Below are positions 26,304 through 38,821 of a stretch of 49,451 nucleotides of DNA, piece after piece. The stretch is from a bacterium (lineage in GTDB: Bacteria; JADJOY01): assembly GCA_046331705.1 (NCBI GenBank), contig JAXLQJ010000053.1:1-49451 (forward strand), given 5' to 3'. The position numbers and the translations under genes are program-made. The number at the start of each line of letters is the position of its first letter. Position 1 is the stretch's first letter. A model generated the notes under the pieces. That model had not been told where the DNA came from. It searched no databases and saw only the letters and a program-made list of their open reading frames with translations.

Positions 26304-26753
26304 TCAGGGAAAGACCAGCTTGGGCTTGACGTGATTGCCTTCGACGCCGCTCGGTGAGACCACCCAGGCATCGATGGTGACGGACTTCTCGTTCGCCATC
26401 GTGACGCAACCGCGGAACTCGAGCGTGTCGGTGCCAACCAGCACCACGGTCACCTTGTCCTTGGTGGGGATGTCGTGTTGCACGCTACCGCTGACGCCGC
26501 TCGGCTGGAATCGTCCCACCAGATTCAGCGTCCCGCCCACCACGTCACCCGAGTATTCGGCGCGCATCACGTACGCGGCGTCGGCGTTCTGGTCCTGGCA
26601 CGCCTTCTGAAGCGTGCGGTCCGACGAGAACGACAGACTCGCGTTGGCGAGCCGCGGGATGGTCGGGTCGCTGCTTCCGTTCCCGTCGTCTCCGCCGCAA
26701 CTCACTCCGAGGAATGCCGCCAAGCCGATGATGGCGATGAGACTTCGACGCAT
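26304..26753 (-). CDS. Hypothetical lipoprotein
   Basis: AAGGAGG RBS, lipobox GVSC followed by GGDDG, beta-rich domain with two further Cys. Confidence 0.8.
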   Translation of the reverse strand: MRRSLIAIIGLAAFLGVSCGGDDGNGSSDPTIPRLANASLSFSSDRTLQKACQDQNADAAYVMRAEYSGDVVGGTLNLVGRFQPSGVSGSVQHDIPTKDKVTVVLVGTDTLEFRGCVTMANEKSVTIDAWVVSPSGVEGNHVKPKLVFP

Positions 26754-26895
26754 CTCTTCCCTCCTTGCCGGTTTCGCCGGTAGTCGGTGAGAATGCTAGT
26801 CCATCGCCCGAATTAATGCGAGCCGCTCGCGACACGATCTCCCGCCGTAGCGGCGCGGGTCGCTGGTCTCGGCGTCGGTCAGGCGCTGGCTTCGC

Positions 26896-28080
26896 TCACG
26901 CGTTGGCGACGGCGTCGCGTATCGGCCCGGGGACCTCGGCGGTCCAGAAGAGATCCGGCGTTGCGCTCTCCGGGCTCCAGATCTCGAGGCCGCGGCGGAT
27001 GATCGTGTTGTCGACGGCGCGTGCTCGCGCCGGCGCGTCGAAGCCCGTCCCGCTGAGCGCCTTGCCCGCGCCCCAGATCATCCCGACGAAGATTCGGTTC
27101 ATCCAGCTCGCCGCACCGGGATACGAGTCGACGGCGCGCGCCCAGCTCGGCGTGAGCTGCTCGCGGGCATAGGTCAGCAGCCCGTAGGCCGCCACGTCGT
27201 GGAGCGCCAGGTTGGTGCTCGCGATCAGCAGCGCGGGCTCGATCGTGGCCGTGTAGCCGAAGTCGGGCCCGTAGGTGGTGAGCGCCTTCGACGCGTCGGT
27301 CACCACCAAGCGCACGCGGTCCATGATCTCACGGGCGCTCGCGATTTCCGCGCACTTCCACAGGAACGTCTCCGCTTGCTGGTGCAGCTCGAAGCGGCTG
27401 TCCTCGCGCAGCCAGCCCACGGCGGCCTTGAGCGCGAGCGTCGCGCCGCCCAGCACGTGGGTGCTGAGCCGCGGCAGATAGACGACGTGATCCACCTCGC
27501 GCAGCAGCGTCGGGATCATCAGCGGACCCTTCCAATGGTCCGCGCTCCGGCTCTCGCCGGCGAAGTAGGCGTCGTAGCCCGGCTCCTCGAAGCCCGCGAT
27601 CTCGGCACCGCCTGCGATCGCCGCCTGATCGAGCCCGTTCTTCGCCAGCGTCTCGCGGGTGCTGCCGCGCTGCTTGCTCGGCTGATGGTGCACGAACTGT
27701 ACGCCCGGATGATCGGCGAGGATCACCCGACCGGCACCTTCGGCGCGAAGGATGCGCGCCATGGCCGTGACCAGCTCGGGACGGGTGGTCGCCGGGAATG
27801 GGTTGGGCGAGTTCGACGCGACCTTGAGCAGCACGCGATCGCCGCGCCCGAGCCAGCCGAGCCCGCCCAGCTCGTCGATCGCGTTTCGCGCCGCCGCCTC
27901 GACCGCCGTCACGTCCACCGGCGCCAGCATCGGTGCCAGCACCACGCGCGCACCGCGTCCGTTTCCGCTCATGCTCGCCTCTCCTTCGTCCGAGCCACAC
28001 GCCGGCAACACCGCGCCCGCCACGGCGGTCGTCATTGCGCCGATCACCTCACGCCGTGTCCACGCTCGTTCGTCCGACAT
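26896..28080 (-). CDS. DUF362-family protein, probable Tat-exported lipoprotein
   Basis: TRREVI twin-Arg motif and LPAC lipobox. GDRVLLK, TTRPELV, LPRLSTH...TLALK..VG pattern of DUF362. Confidence 0.75.
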   Translation of the reverse strand: MSDERAWTRREVIGAMTTAVAGAVLPACGSDEGEASMSGNGRGARVVLAPMLAPVDVTAVEAAARNAIDELGGLGWLGRGDRVLLKVASNSPNPFPATTRPELVTAMARILRAEGAGRVILADHPGVQFVHHQPSKQRGSTRETLAKNGLDQAAIAGGAEIAGFEEPGYDAYFAGESRSADHWKGPLMIPTLLREVDHVVYLPRLSTHVLGGATLALKAAVGWLREDSRFELHQQAETFLWKCAEIASAREIMDRVRLVVTDASKALTTYGPDFGYTATIEPALLIASTNLALHDVAAYGLLTYAREQLTPSWARAVDSYPGAASWMNRIFVGMIWGAGKALSGTGFDAPARARAVDNTIIRRGLEIWSPESATPDLFWTAEVPGPIRDAVANA

Positions 28081-28236
28081 GCACTCTCCCCGTGCAGACC
28101 CGCGCAGCCTAGCGCCGAAGCGCGCGCCCGTCCGGTCTGCAGGAGCGATCGCGCGGCAGCCGTCGGCGCGGTGCGGATCTGACAGCCGTGACCCGCGCTG
28201 TGTGTGGCTTCGGTCACGATCGTCGCACGACGTGAA

Positions 28237-28265
28237 TTGACGTGTTGCGCGACGCGCAACACAAT
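28237..28265 (+). promoter_or_regulatory. higBA promoter (TTGACG-17bp-CACAAT) with overlapping operator palindrome
   Basis: -35 at 28237-28242 and -10 at 28260-28265. Perfect inverted repeat GTGTTGCGCG-A-CGCGCAACAC at 28242-28262. Confidence 0.8.
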
Positions 28266-28276
28266 GTGCTCATCCG

Positions 28277-28555
28277 ATGATCACATCGTTTCGTCACAAG
28301 GGGTTGGGCCGCTACTATGCGACCGGCAATCTGCGCGGAATTCAGCCGAAGCACGCCAAGAGATTGCGGATGCTGCTGGCGGCGCTCGACACCGCGCAAT
28401 CGATCGCCGATCTCGACGTTCCGGGATTCCGGCTGCATCCCCTGAAGGGGCAAGCTCGCGGCCGATGGTCGATCTGGGTGGATGGCAGTTGGCGTCTCAC
28501 GTTCGAATTCGACGATCGCCAAGCGCGCTTGCTCGATCACGAGGACTATCACTGA
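28277..28555 (+). CDS. higB: HigB toxin (RelE superfamily, plasmid-maintenance killer type)
   Basis: MITSFRHKGL...PGFRLHPLKG...WSIWVDGSWRLTFEF...EDYH. Toxin-first gene order. Confidence 0.95.
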   Translation: MITSFRHKGLGRYYATGNLRGIQPKHAKRLRMLLAALDTAQSIADLDVPGFRLHPLKGQARGRWSIWVDGSWRLTFEFDDRQARLLDHEDYH

Positions 28556-28848
28556 TGGCCATGCACAATCCGCCACATCCCGGCGAGTTCATCGTTGCCG
28601 TGTATCTGGATCCCAACGAAGTGAGCGCGAGGGATCTAGCGGCAAAGTTGTGCGTCGCGCCGTCCACGCTCAGCCGCATTCTGAATGGCACCAGCGCCGT
28701 GACGCCGGAGATGGCGCTGAGGCTTTCGAAGTGCCTGGGGCGATCGCCGGAGAGCTGGCTCGCGATGCAGCAAGCTCACGACTTGTGGCGCGCCAGGAAG
28801 CGCGTGGATCTGCGATCCGTGAAGGTCCTCAAGCTGGCTGCCGCATGA
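28555..28848 (+). CDS. higA: HigA antitoxin (Xre HTH)
   Basis: MHNPPHPGE...STLSRILNG...VTPEMALRLS...SPESWLAMQ..HDLW. TGATG overlap with higB. Confidence 0.95.
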   Translation: MAMHNPPHPGEFIVAVYLDPNEVSARDLAAKLCVAPSTLSRILNGTSAVTPEMALRLSKCLGRSPESWLAMQQAHDLWRARKRVDLRSVKVLKLAAA

Positions 28849-28960
28849 CGAGCACGCGATCGTCAGAATCTTCGAGCACCGATTGGCGAGGCCGCGACTC
28901 CTCGTCCCGATGGGGTGATCGCCGTTGAGCCGATGCCTTGTGGCAGGAGGCACCTGTTCA

Positions 28961-29551
28961 GTGACCACACCCTTCCACGCCAAGTACTGGGCACAAAGTC
29001 TCCGACTTGCCCGTCACAACGGTGTGGAGGCCATCGCGCGCTCGATCGGTAACGCGCGGGTCGCTGCGCCAGCGGACGAGATCGTGCGCCAGTTCGACAG
29101 GCCGATCGACAACAAGATCGACATCCGCAAGATGCTCTTTGGCGGGTTCGAGAAGTGCCTCTATCCGACGCAGAAGTTCGACTCGGACACGGAGCGTCGT
29201 TTCGCCGTAGTCATCGAGAAGGACAAGGCCGTCCTCAAGTGGCTCAAGCCCGGCAAGGGCGTCTTCCAGATCCGCTACTCGAACGACGCGGACTACGAGC
29301 CCGATTTCGTGGTCGAGACCGAGAGCGAGAAGCTGATCTGCGGGCCCAAGGCCGCGGACCGCATGCAGGACCCGATCGTCCTCGCCAAGGCGCGCGCGGC
29401 GGCCACCTGGTGCAAGCACGCCACACAGCACGAGAAGGCGAACCACGGCAAGCCGTGGCGCTACCTGCTCATCCCGCACGACGCCATCGCCGACAACATG
29501 ACCGTGGCTGGGCTGACGTCCGGGTTCGAGATCCCTCAGGACACCAAGTAA
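28961..29551 (+). pseudogene. Chimeric remnant: about 34-aa N-terminus resembling RM-associated SNF2 helicases fused to the C-terminal nuclease domain of a type III restriction (Res) subunit
   Basis: AGGAGG RBS and GTG start. TTPFHAKYWA...SIGNARV, then FGGFEKCLY..QKFDSDTERRF...YEPDFVVET...ICGPK...KPWRYLLIPHD. No helicase motifs are present. Confidence 0.7.
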
Positions 29552-29660
29552 GACGGTCGTTCGCCGTCGCGATGCGCCCCTGCACGCGGGTCGGACACAT
29601 CCTCTCGACTCGATCGTCGCCGCGCCCTCTGGGGCGTGCGCGCGCCGGAAGAGGTGAACC

Positions 29661-31955
<2,295 letters not shown>

Positions 31956-31971
31956 GCCGCCGCCGCGGCGT

Positions 31972-32009
31972 TGCCGCCGCAGCGCCGCCGTGCCGCCGCA
32001 GCGCCGCCG
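31972..32009 (+). repeat. Perfect 19-bp tandem direct repeat (TGCCGCCGCAGCGCCGCCG x2)
   Basis: 31972-31990 is identical to 31991-32009; intergenic after rtcA. Confidence 0.85.
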
Positions 32010-32131
32010 TGCGCCGCGTGATCGTGCGCGGTGAACCAGGTGCGCCGCCGCGACGAATCCCTTGCGGGAGGGGTCGAACCGCTGGCCCGAGCCGCGTGGC
32101 GCGCGCGGGCCGGCATGCGAGGAGAAGTCGC

Positions 32132-32608
32132 ATGCGTGTCACATGGATACGACGGGTTCGTCCCTGGATGGCGATGGTGTGGATGGTCACGGTCGGGGCC
32201 GCGACCTCGTGCGGGAGCGGAGACGACCACGGCGGCGGGATGGCCACGCAGGTGAAGGTCGCGGTGCGGGAATTCCAGGTGGTGCCGGAGCGGGCGAGCG
32301 CTCCCGCGGGGCGAGTGACCTTCGCGGTCACCAACACCGGGACGGAGCTTCACGAGTTCGTCGTCGTGCGAACGGACCTGGCGCCGGATGCGTTGCCCAC
32401 GAACGCCGACGGCAGCTTCAACGAGGACGACGCGAGCGTGGACGTGCTGGGCGAGATCCCGGAATTCGTGCCGGGGCCGACCTACCTGCTCACCCTCGAT
32501 CTCACGCCGGGCCATTACGTGCTGCTCTGCAATCGCGTCGAGGTCGAGGACGCCACGACCGTCGCGCACTACCACCAAGGGATGCGCACCTCGTTCTCCG
32601 TCGAGTGA
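32132..32608 (+). CDS. Cupredoxin-like (type 1 copper) lipoprotein
   Basis: AGGAG RBS and ATSC lipobox. AGRVTFAVTNTGTELHEF and LTPGHYVLLCN...HYHQGM supply His, Cys, His and Met ligands. Confidence 0.85.
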   Translation: MRVTWIRRVRPWMAMVWMVTVGAATSCGSGDDHGGGMATQVKVAVREFQVVPERASAPAGRVTFAVTNTGTELHEFVVVRTDLAPDALPTNADGSFNEDDASVDVLGEIPEFVPGPTYLLTLDLTPGHYVLLCNRVEVEDATTVAHYHQGMRTSFSVE

Positions 32609-32674
32609 GCCGAGAAGACCAGACTGAGCCAACGCTGAGCCGCGCAATCCAGAGCGCCCCACGGAGCGCGTTCG

Positions 32675-34197
<1,523 letters not shown>

Positions 34198-34201
<4 letters not shown>

Positions 34202-35583
34202 TGCTCGCCGGTCGCGCTGGGCGGCCCTTTCCCGTCCGCGAGTCGCGCGAGGCGGGCGTAGAACGTGCTTCGGCTGCGCTCACCGAGCCAGCGCGCCAGC
34301 GCCGCGCGCGAGCCGAGCGCGAGCGCCGCTCGCTCCACCTGGGCGAGGGTGACCAGCGACGCGAAATCGCGCGATCTCCACGCAGCGCGGAAGCTCTCCA
34401 GGAAGGCACTCTCTCCAGCGCGCACGTCTCGTGGCAGGTCCGCCAGCGTGATCACGCCGGCTCGCGACGCGATCGCGAGGCGGTGCACCAGCTGCTTGAG
34501 CTCGCGCACGTTGCCGGGCCAGTCGTACGCCGCGAGCGCCTCGAGGGCGTCGGGCTCGAGGCGGGCGACGCGGCCTTCGGCGCGCGCGATCTCCGCGAGC
34601 AATGCACGCGCCAGCACCGGGATGTCGTCGCGCCGCTCGCGAAGCGGCGGCACCACGATCGGGAAACCGGCGAGGCGATAGTAGAGGTCCTGCCGGAAGG
34701 CGCCCGCGGATACCGCCTGCTTGAGGTCGCGGTTGGTCGCGGCGATGACGCGCGCCCGTGCTCGGCGCTCGCGGGTGGAGCCGACACGCACGAAGGTGCC
34801 GTTCTCGAGCAGGCGCAGCAGCTTCGGCTGGAGCGCCGTCGGCAGCTCGCCGACCTCGTCGAGAAAGAGCGTGCCCGCGCCCGCCGCTTCCACGAAGCCG
34901 GCCTTGTCGCGCGCGGCTCCGGTGAACGCGCCGCGCTCGTGACCGAAGAGCTCGCTCTCGAAGAGCTCTCCCGAGAGCGCGGGCGTGTTGACCGCGACGA
35001 ACGGTGCAGCGCGGCGTGCGCTCGCATCGTGGACGGCGCGTGCGACCAGCTCCTTGCCCACGCCCGTCTCGCCCAGGATCAGCACGCCGATCTCGCTCGA
35101 GGCGGCGATCCGAATCTGCTCGACCACCGAGCGGATCGCGCGACTCACGCCCAGGATGGTGGAAGCGCCTGCGCCGCCGTGAACCGCGCTCCCCGGCGCC
35201 GGCGCGTCGCCGCTCGCGTCGAGGGTGGACTGCTGGGCGAGATCACCGGCTCGAAAACGCAGCCAGGTCGAGCGCCCGATCACGATCTCGTGGCCGTCCG
35301 CGAGGCGCAGCGCGCGGCCGCGCGCGAGCGGCTCGCCGTTCACACGTACGCGGTGTGGCCGATCGGTGTGGTTCTCGAGGAGCCAGTCGTCGCCGTGGCG
35401 AGTCAGCGAGGCGTGGCGCTCGCGCGAGACCGTGAGGTCGCTCTCGAAGACCAGGTCGTTGCGGACACCGCGGCCGAGAGTGAGCGCCCGCGCATCCTCG
35501 GCCAGCGCGTGCTCCAGCAGCAGCTCCGTGATCGGCCGGCCGCGATGCTTCACCAAGCCCGCTTGAATCGTGAGCAGCGACAT
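34198..35583 (-). CDS. FHA-domain sigma54-dependent enhancer-binding protein
   Basis: FHA LGRG..ND...VSRERHA...VRVNG, Walker [50 protein letters not shown]-terminal HTH. ATGA coupling to the kinase. Confidence 0.95.
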
Positions 35584-35798
35584 GGCCCGAGCGCTCGTCT
35601 CCGACGCTCGCTCTCGGGGTCGCGCGTGCGAGTGGACGAGCGTGCGCCGACGCTATCCCGCTCGTCCCGGGGTGTCCACGAGGGTGTGCGGAAGTCGTAC
35701 GGATCGGACAGGTCCCGCGTGCGGCGGCGGTGGCAGGGGCCGACCGCAACCAGGCGGCAATCGGGCGCTTTCTCGCGCTTCGCGTCAGCGCGCGTCGT

Positions 35799-35813
35799 TG
35801 GCGCGAAGGATGC
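35799..35813 (+). promoter_or_regulatory. Sigma54 (-24/-12) promoter
   Basis: TGGCGCGAAGGATGC versus consensus TGGCACGNNNNTTGC, with correct GG-N10-GC spacing. It lies 44 bp upstream of the pilP-like ATG and divergent from the activator gene. Confidence 0.65.
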
Positions 35814-35857
35814 GCTTCGCCTCTTCTCGCGCATGCCGCGCGAACGGAGGCCACCCC

Positions 35858-36502
35858 ATGCACCACGCACGCGAACGACTCACGATCGACCCTCGTCCTC
35901 GTCCCACGCGCCGCGCGCGTCGACGCAACGGTGCAGCGTTCGTCCTTGCGCTGGCGGCGGTCGGAGGATGCGCGAGCGGCGCGGAACCGCTGCCGGACGC
36001 TTCGGACGCGGTGGCGGCGAAGCGGCCGCCGCCGCCCGACTTCGCGACGCTCGACGCGGAGATCGACGCGATCCTCTACGACGACTGGCCGCACGGCGAT
36101 CCGCACGCCTACGACTATTCGCCCGCCGGCAAGCGCGATCCCTTCCGGCCCCCGCCGGACGTCGTGCAGCCGAAGAGCGAGAAGGACGAGGGGCCCGTCA
36201 TCGTCTCTCGCTGTCCGTCGGCGCTGCTCGCCGGAGTCCACGTGGACGAGCTGCGTCTCGAAGGCATCGTGCGCTTCTCGCGCGGGAGCGACGCGCGCGC
36301 GACGGTCGCGGGGCCGGACGGCCGCGGCCTGATCGTCGACGTCGGTGATCGCGTGAGCGACGAGTGCGCCTCCGTCGCCGCGATCCTGGACGAGAGCCTC
36401 GTGCTCGCGGTCCCGCAACGGACCCAGCGTGGCCAGGAAGCCCAAGCTCGCCGCATCCTGCGCTTGCGCACCGCTTCGGACGACGCGCCAACGCGAGAGT
36501 GA
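35858..36502 (+). CDS. PilP-like lipoprotein (type IV pilus alignment family), orphan
   Basis: Lipobox-like VGGC. YDYSPAGKRDPFRPP and L...VDELRLEGIV...ARATVAGPDGRGLIVDVGDRV match the PilP pattern. Confidence 0.75.
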   Translation: MHHARERLTIDPRPRPTRRARRRNGAAFVLALAAVGGCASGAEPLPDASDAVAAKRPPPPDFATLDAEIDAILYDDWPHGDPHAYDYSPAGKRDPFRPPPDVVQPKSEKDEGPVIVSRCPSALLAGVHVDELRLEGIVRFSRGSDARATVAGPDGRGLIVDVGDRVSDECASVAAILDESLVLAVPQRTQRGQEAQARRILRLRTASDDAPTRE

Positions 36503-36665
36503 GAGGATGCGGGAATGACACCGGCGAGCCGATTCGGCTCCGCGCGGCAGGGAAGCTGCGCGCCGCGGGGTGGTCCGAGGCTCGGTGGCACGCACGACGC
36601 AGGCACGAATGGCGCGCCCCGCTGCGGACTTGGTTGGATGGCCTCGATCGCCGCGCGTCGATCCC

Positions 36666-38804
36666 TCACCCCGCGCCGTACCAGATCGGGGAGGACCAGG
36701 CGCGTTCCTGGATCGTGTCGAAGCGGAACGCACCGGTGTACCGGCCGTCGTCGCCGCGGGTGATCGTGCAGCAGCCTTCGTAGCCGGAGTTGCCGGTGGC
36801 TTCGGCGAAGGTGCCGCTCGCGGGATCGAGCGCGCCGCAATCGACGTGCTGGTCGACGCAGCTCGAGGTGTTCCACCGGCAGCTCGGGTTCTCGAGGACA
36901 CGCGCGTAGTAGAAGGCATCCGCGGCCGCGTCGAACTCGGGGTCGGTGAAGACACCGCAGAGCTGCTCCGGTTGCGCGGCGGTGACGACGCTGCAATCCG
37001 ACGCGGGCGCGGGTCCGGCGTCGGCGCCGGCCACCTTGAACAACTTGGTGTGCGTGGTTCCGCTCGCGTCCACCCACCCCTTCACGACGTCGATCCGCTC
37101 GAGCGGTGTCCCCGGCTTGCGGTCGCCGGCGTCCTGCGCCGCCCACACGAGGATCTGCGGCGCGCCCGCCGTGCCGCGCGGCGGGAGATCCGCGCCCATG
37201 GGCACGATCGCGGCGTTGGCGTCGGCGCTCGGTGCTTGGCCCGACGCCACTCGGGCGCAGGCGTCGGCGGGCAGCGCGCCGAAGGATCCGTAGCTCTTGA
37301 CCAGGATCCGGGTACCGCTGGTGGCGAACGCTTCGCGCCGGCTCAGCGCGTCGAAGATCGAGGTGCGCGTGTTCTCCTCCGCCCACACGCCCGTGAGCCC
37401 GCCGGGATTGAACGTGATCGCGCGCGGCTCCCAGACGGGATCGGTGCAGGTGGGATCGCTGGGCTCGCAGCTCCAATGCCCCAGCCGCTCGGTGGGTGGG
37501 GCGTCGAGAATGCCGCCGTGGCCGCGCCATTCCGATTCGATGGCGAATCCGGGCGTGCCGTTGTGGGTGTCGGTGGCGGCGGCGAAGCCGAGCTTGTACG
37601 GATCGACGCCGCCCAGCGCCGCTTTGAGGCGCAGCCCCTCGGCGAGGCTGTTGCGCACCATGTCGAGGGGTGCCGTGCAATCGTCGGGAGTCGAGCCGTC
37701 GCTCGCGACCTCGGTGCAGACGCGCTCGGTCGCGGGCTTGCACTCGGGCGGGTCGCTCGGGAGCCCGGCGCAGATCGCCTTCGCTTTCTCGAAGCGGCAC
37801 GCGGCGTCGGTTTCCTCGGGATCGAAGGGGTTCGTGGGCAGCCCCGGCGCGCACTCGGACTCGCCCTTGTGCTGCACCATCTCGATCAACCGGTCTGCAC
37901 GGGCGCGCAGCTCGGCGTCGGCGCGCGTGAGCGGCGCTCCGTCGCGGCCTTCCGGGAGACCGGTCGCGCCGGCGGGTGGAAACATGCGACCGTCGCTCAG
38001 GTTCGAGTTGTGGGGGATGGTCAGGTAGCGGCACCCCTCGACGTTCGCGCACTGCGCTTCGAGGGAGTCGAAGAGCACCCACTCGGAATCGGTGTCGAGC
38101 GACGAGATCGGCCGCGACGGCAGGGCCGTGCCGTCGAAGATCACGTTGCGGTGAAGCATGGCGCCGCTCGGCTGGGCGCTGAACTCGTAGGCGGCGAAGC
38201 TCGTGAACGCGCACGGTTCGTTCTCGGACTCGGCGATCGCCACCGAATCCGCCCAGGCGGAGGTGGTGTCGAGGATCGCGTCGGGGATCTCGACATCGCC
38301 GGAGACGGCGCTGAGCGGTGTGTCGCCCTTGACCAGCGCTTCGATGTTCTCGGTGAGGACGGTGCCGAAGGCCTTGCAGAAGGCCGGACGGTCGGGGCGA
38401 TCACCGTCCACGCCGCACAGGCTCGCGAAGCCTCCCAAGTACTCGCTGTGATCGGTCACGGCCGTGAAATCGAGCGGTCGCGCGAGCCGCACCTGGACGC
38501 ACGCCTGATCGGCGACGTCGCACGGCAGCCCCACGGGCTCGCCCTTGGCGAAGCGGTAGGCTTCGCGCGGCCCGTTCAGGGTGTTGTAGAAGTACGCGTC
38601 GAACGAACGGTTGGTGTGAACGTGCAGATCGCCGAAGAACGCCTGCTTTCGCCCGGCGACCGTCCCGGCGCACTCGCCCGCGGGCGGCGTTGGCGTCTGC
38701 TCGCCATGGCTCTTCGAGCACGCCTCCGGAATCGACGAGATCAGCAACAGCGACGCGGCGCTCGCGAGTGCTGCGAGCGACCCGCGCGGGGTGCGCGTCT
38801 TCAC
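36666..38804 (-). CDS. DUF3604-family secreted PHP-like metallohydrolase, Cys-rich
   Basis: FFGDLHVHT..SFDA, PLDFTAVTDHSE, LHRNVIF, IPHNSNLS, EMVQHKGESEC, ATDTHNG, GGLTGVWAEENTR, FATSGTRI, FYYARVLENPSCRW, IQERAWSSPIWY. The start is uncertain (38804 or 38855). Confidence 0.9.
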   Translation of the reverse strand: MKTRTPRGSLAALASAASLLLISSIPEACSKSHGEQTPTPPAGECAGTVAGRKQAFFGDLHVHTNRSFDAYFYNTLNGPREAYRFAKGEPVGLPCDVADQACVQVRLARPLDFTAVTDHSEYLGGFASLCGVDGDRPDRPAFCKAFGTVLTENIEALVKGDTPLSAVSGDVEIPDAILDTTSAWADSVAIAESENEPCAFTSFAAYEFSAQPSGAMLHRNVIFDGTALPSRPISSLDTDSEWVLFDSLEAQCANVEGCRYLTIPHNSNLSDGRMFPPAGATGLPEGRDGAPLTRADAELRARADRLIEMVQHKGESECAPGLPTNPFDPEETDAACRFEKAKAICAGLPSDPPECKPATERVCTEVASDGSTPDDCTAPLDMVRNSLAEGLRLKAALGGVDPYKLGFAAATDTHNGTPGFAIESEWRGHGGILDAPPTERLGHWSCEPSDPTCTDPVWEPRAITFNPGGLTGVWAEENTRTSIFDALSRREAFATSGTRILVKSYGSFGALPADACARVASGQAPSADANAAIVPMGADLPPRGTAGAPQILVWAAQDAGDRKPGTPLERIDVVKGWVDASGTTHTKLFKVAGADAGPAPASDCSVVTAAQPEQLCGVFTDPEFDAAADAFYYARVLENPSCRWNTSSCVDQHVDCGALDPASGTFAEATGNSGYEGCCTITRGDDGRYTGAFRFDTIQERAWSSPIWYGAG

Positions 38805-38821
38805 GGCGAGGATGGTCGGCG

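Noticed and set aside
28187-28218. CGTGACC-N18-GGTCACG inverted repeat as an islet boundary or IS end
   Set aside because: Only 7 bp, with no transposase or integrase and no matching end or target duplication found.
29552-29660. Sigma54 promoter, terminator or Y-RNA/tRNA-like element upstream of rtcB
   Set aside because: No TGGC-N9-GC match. The short GACGG/CCGTC hairpin has no U-tract, and no cloverleaf or T-loop is recognisable.
31956-32017. Possible mini-CRISPR
   Set aside because: The repeats are directly adjacent with no spacers, are low in complexity, and there are no cas genes.
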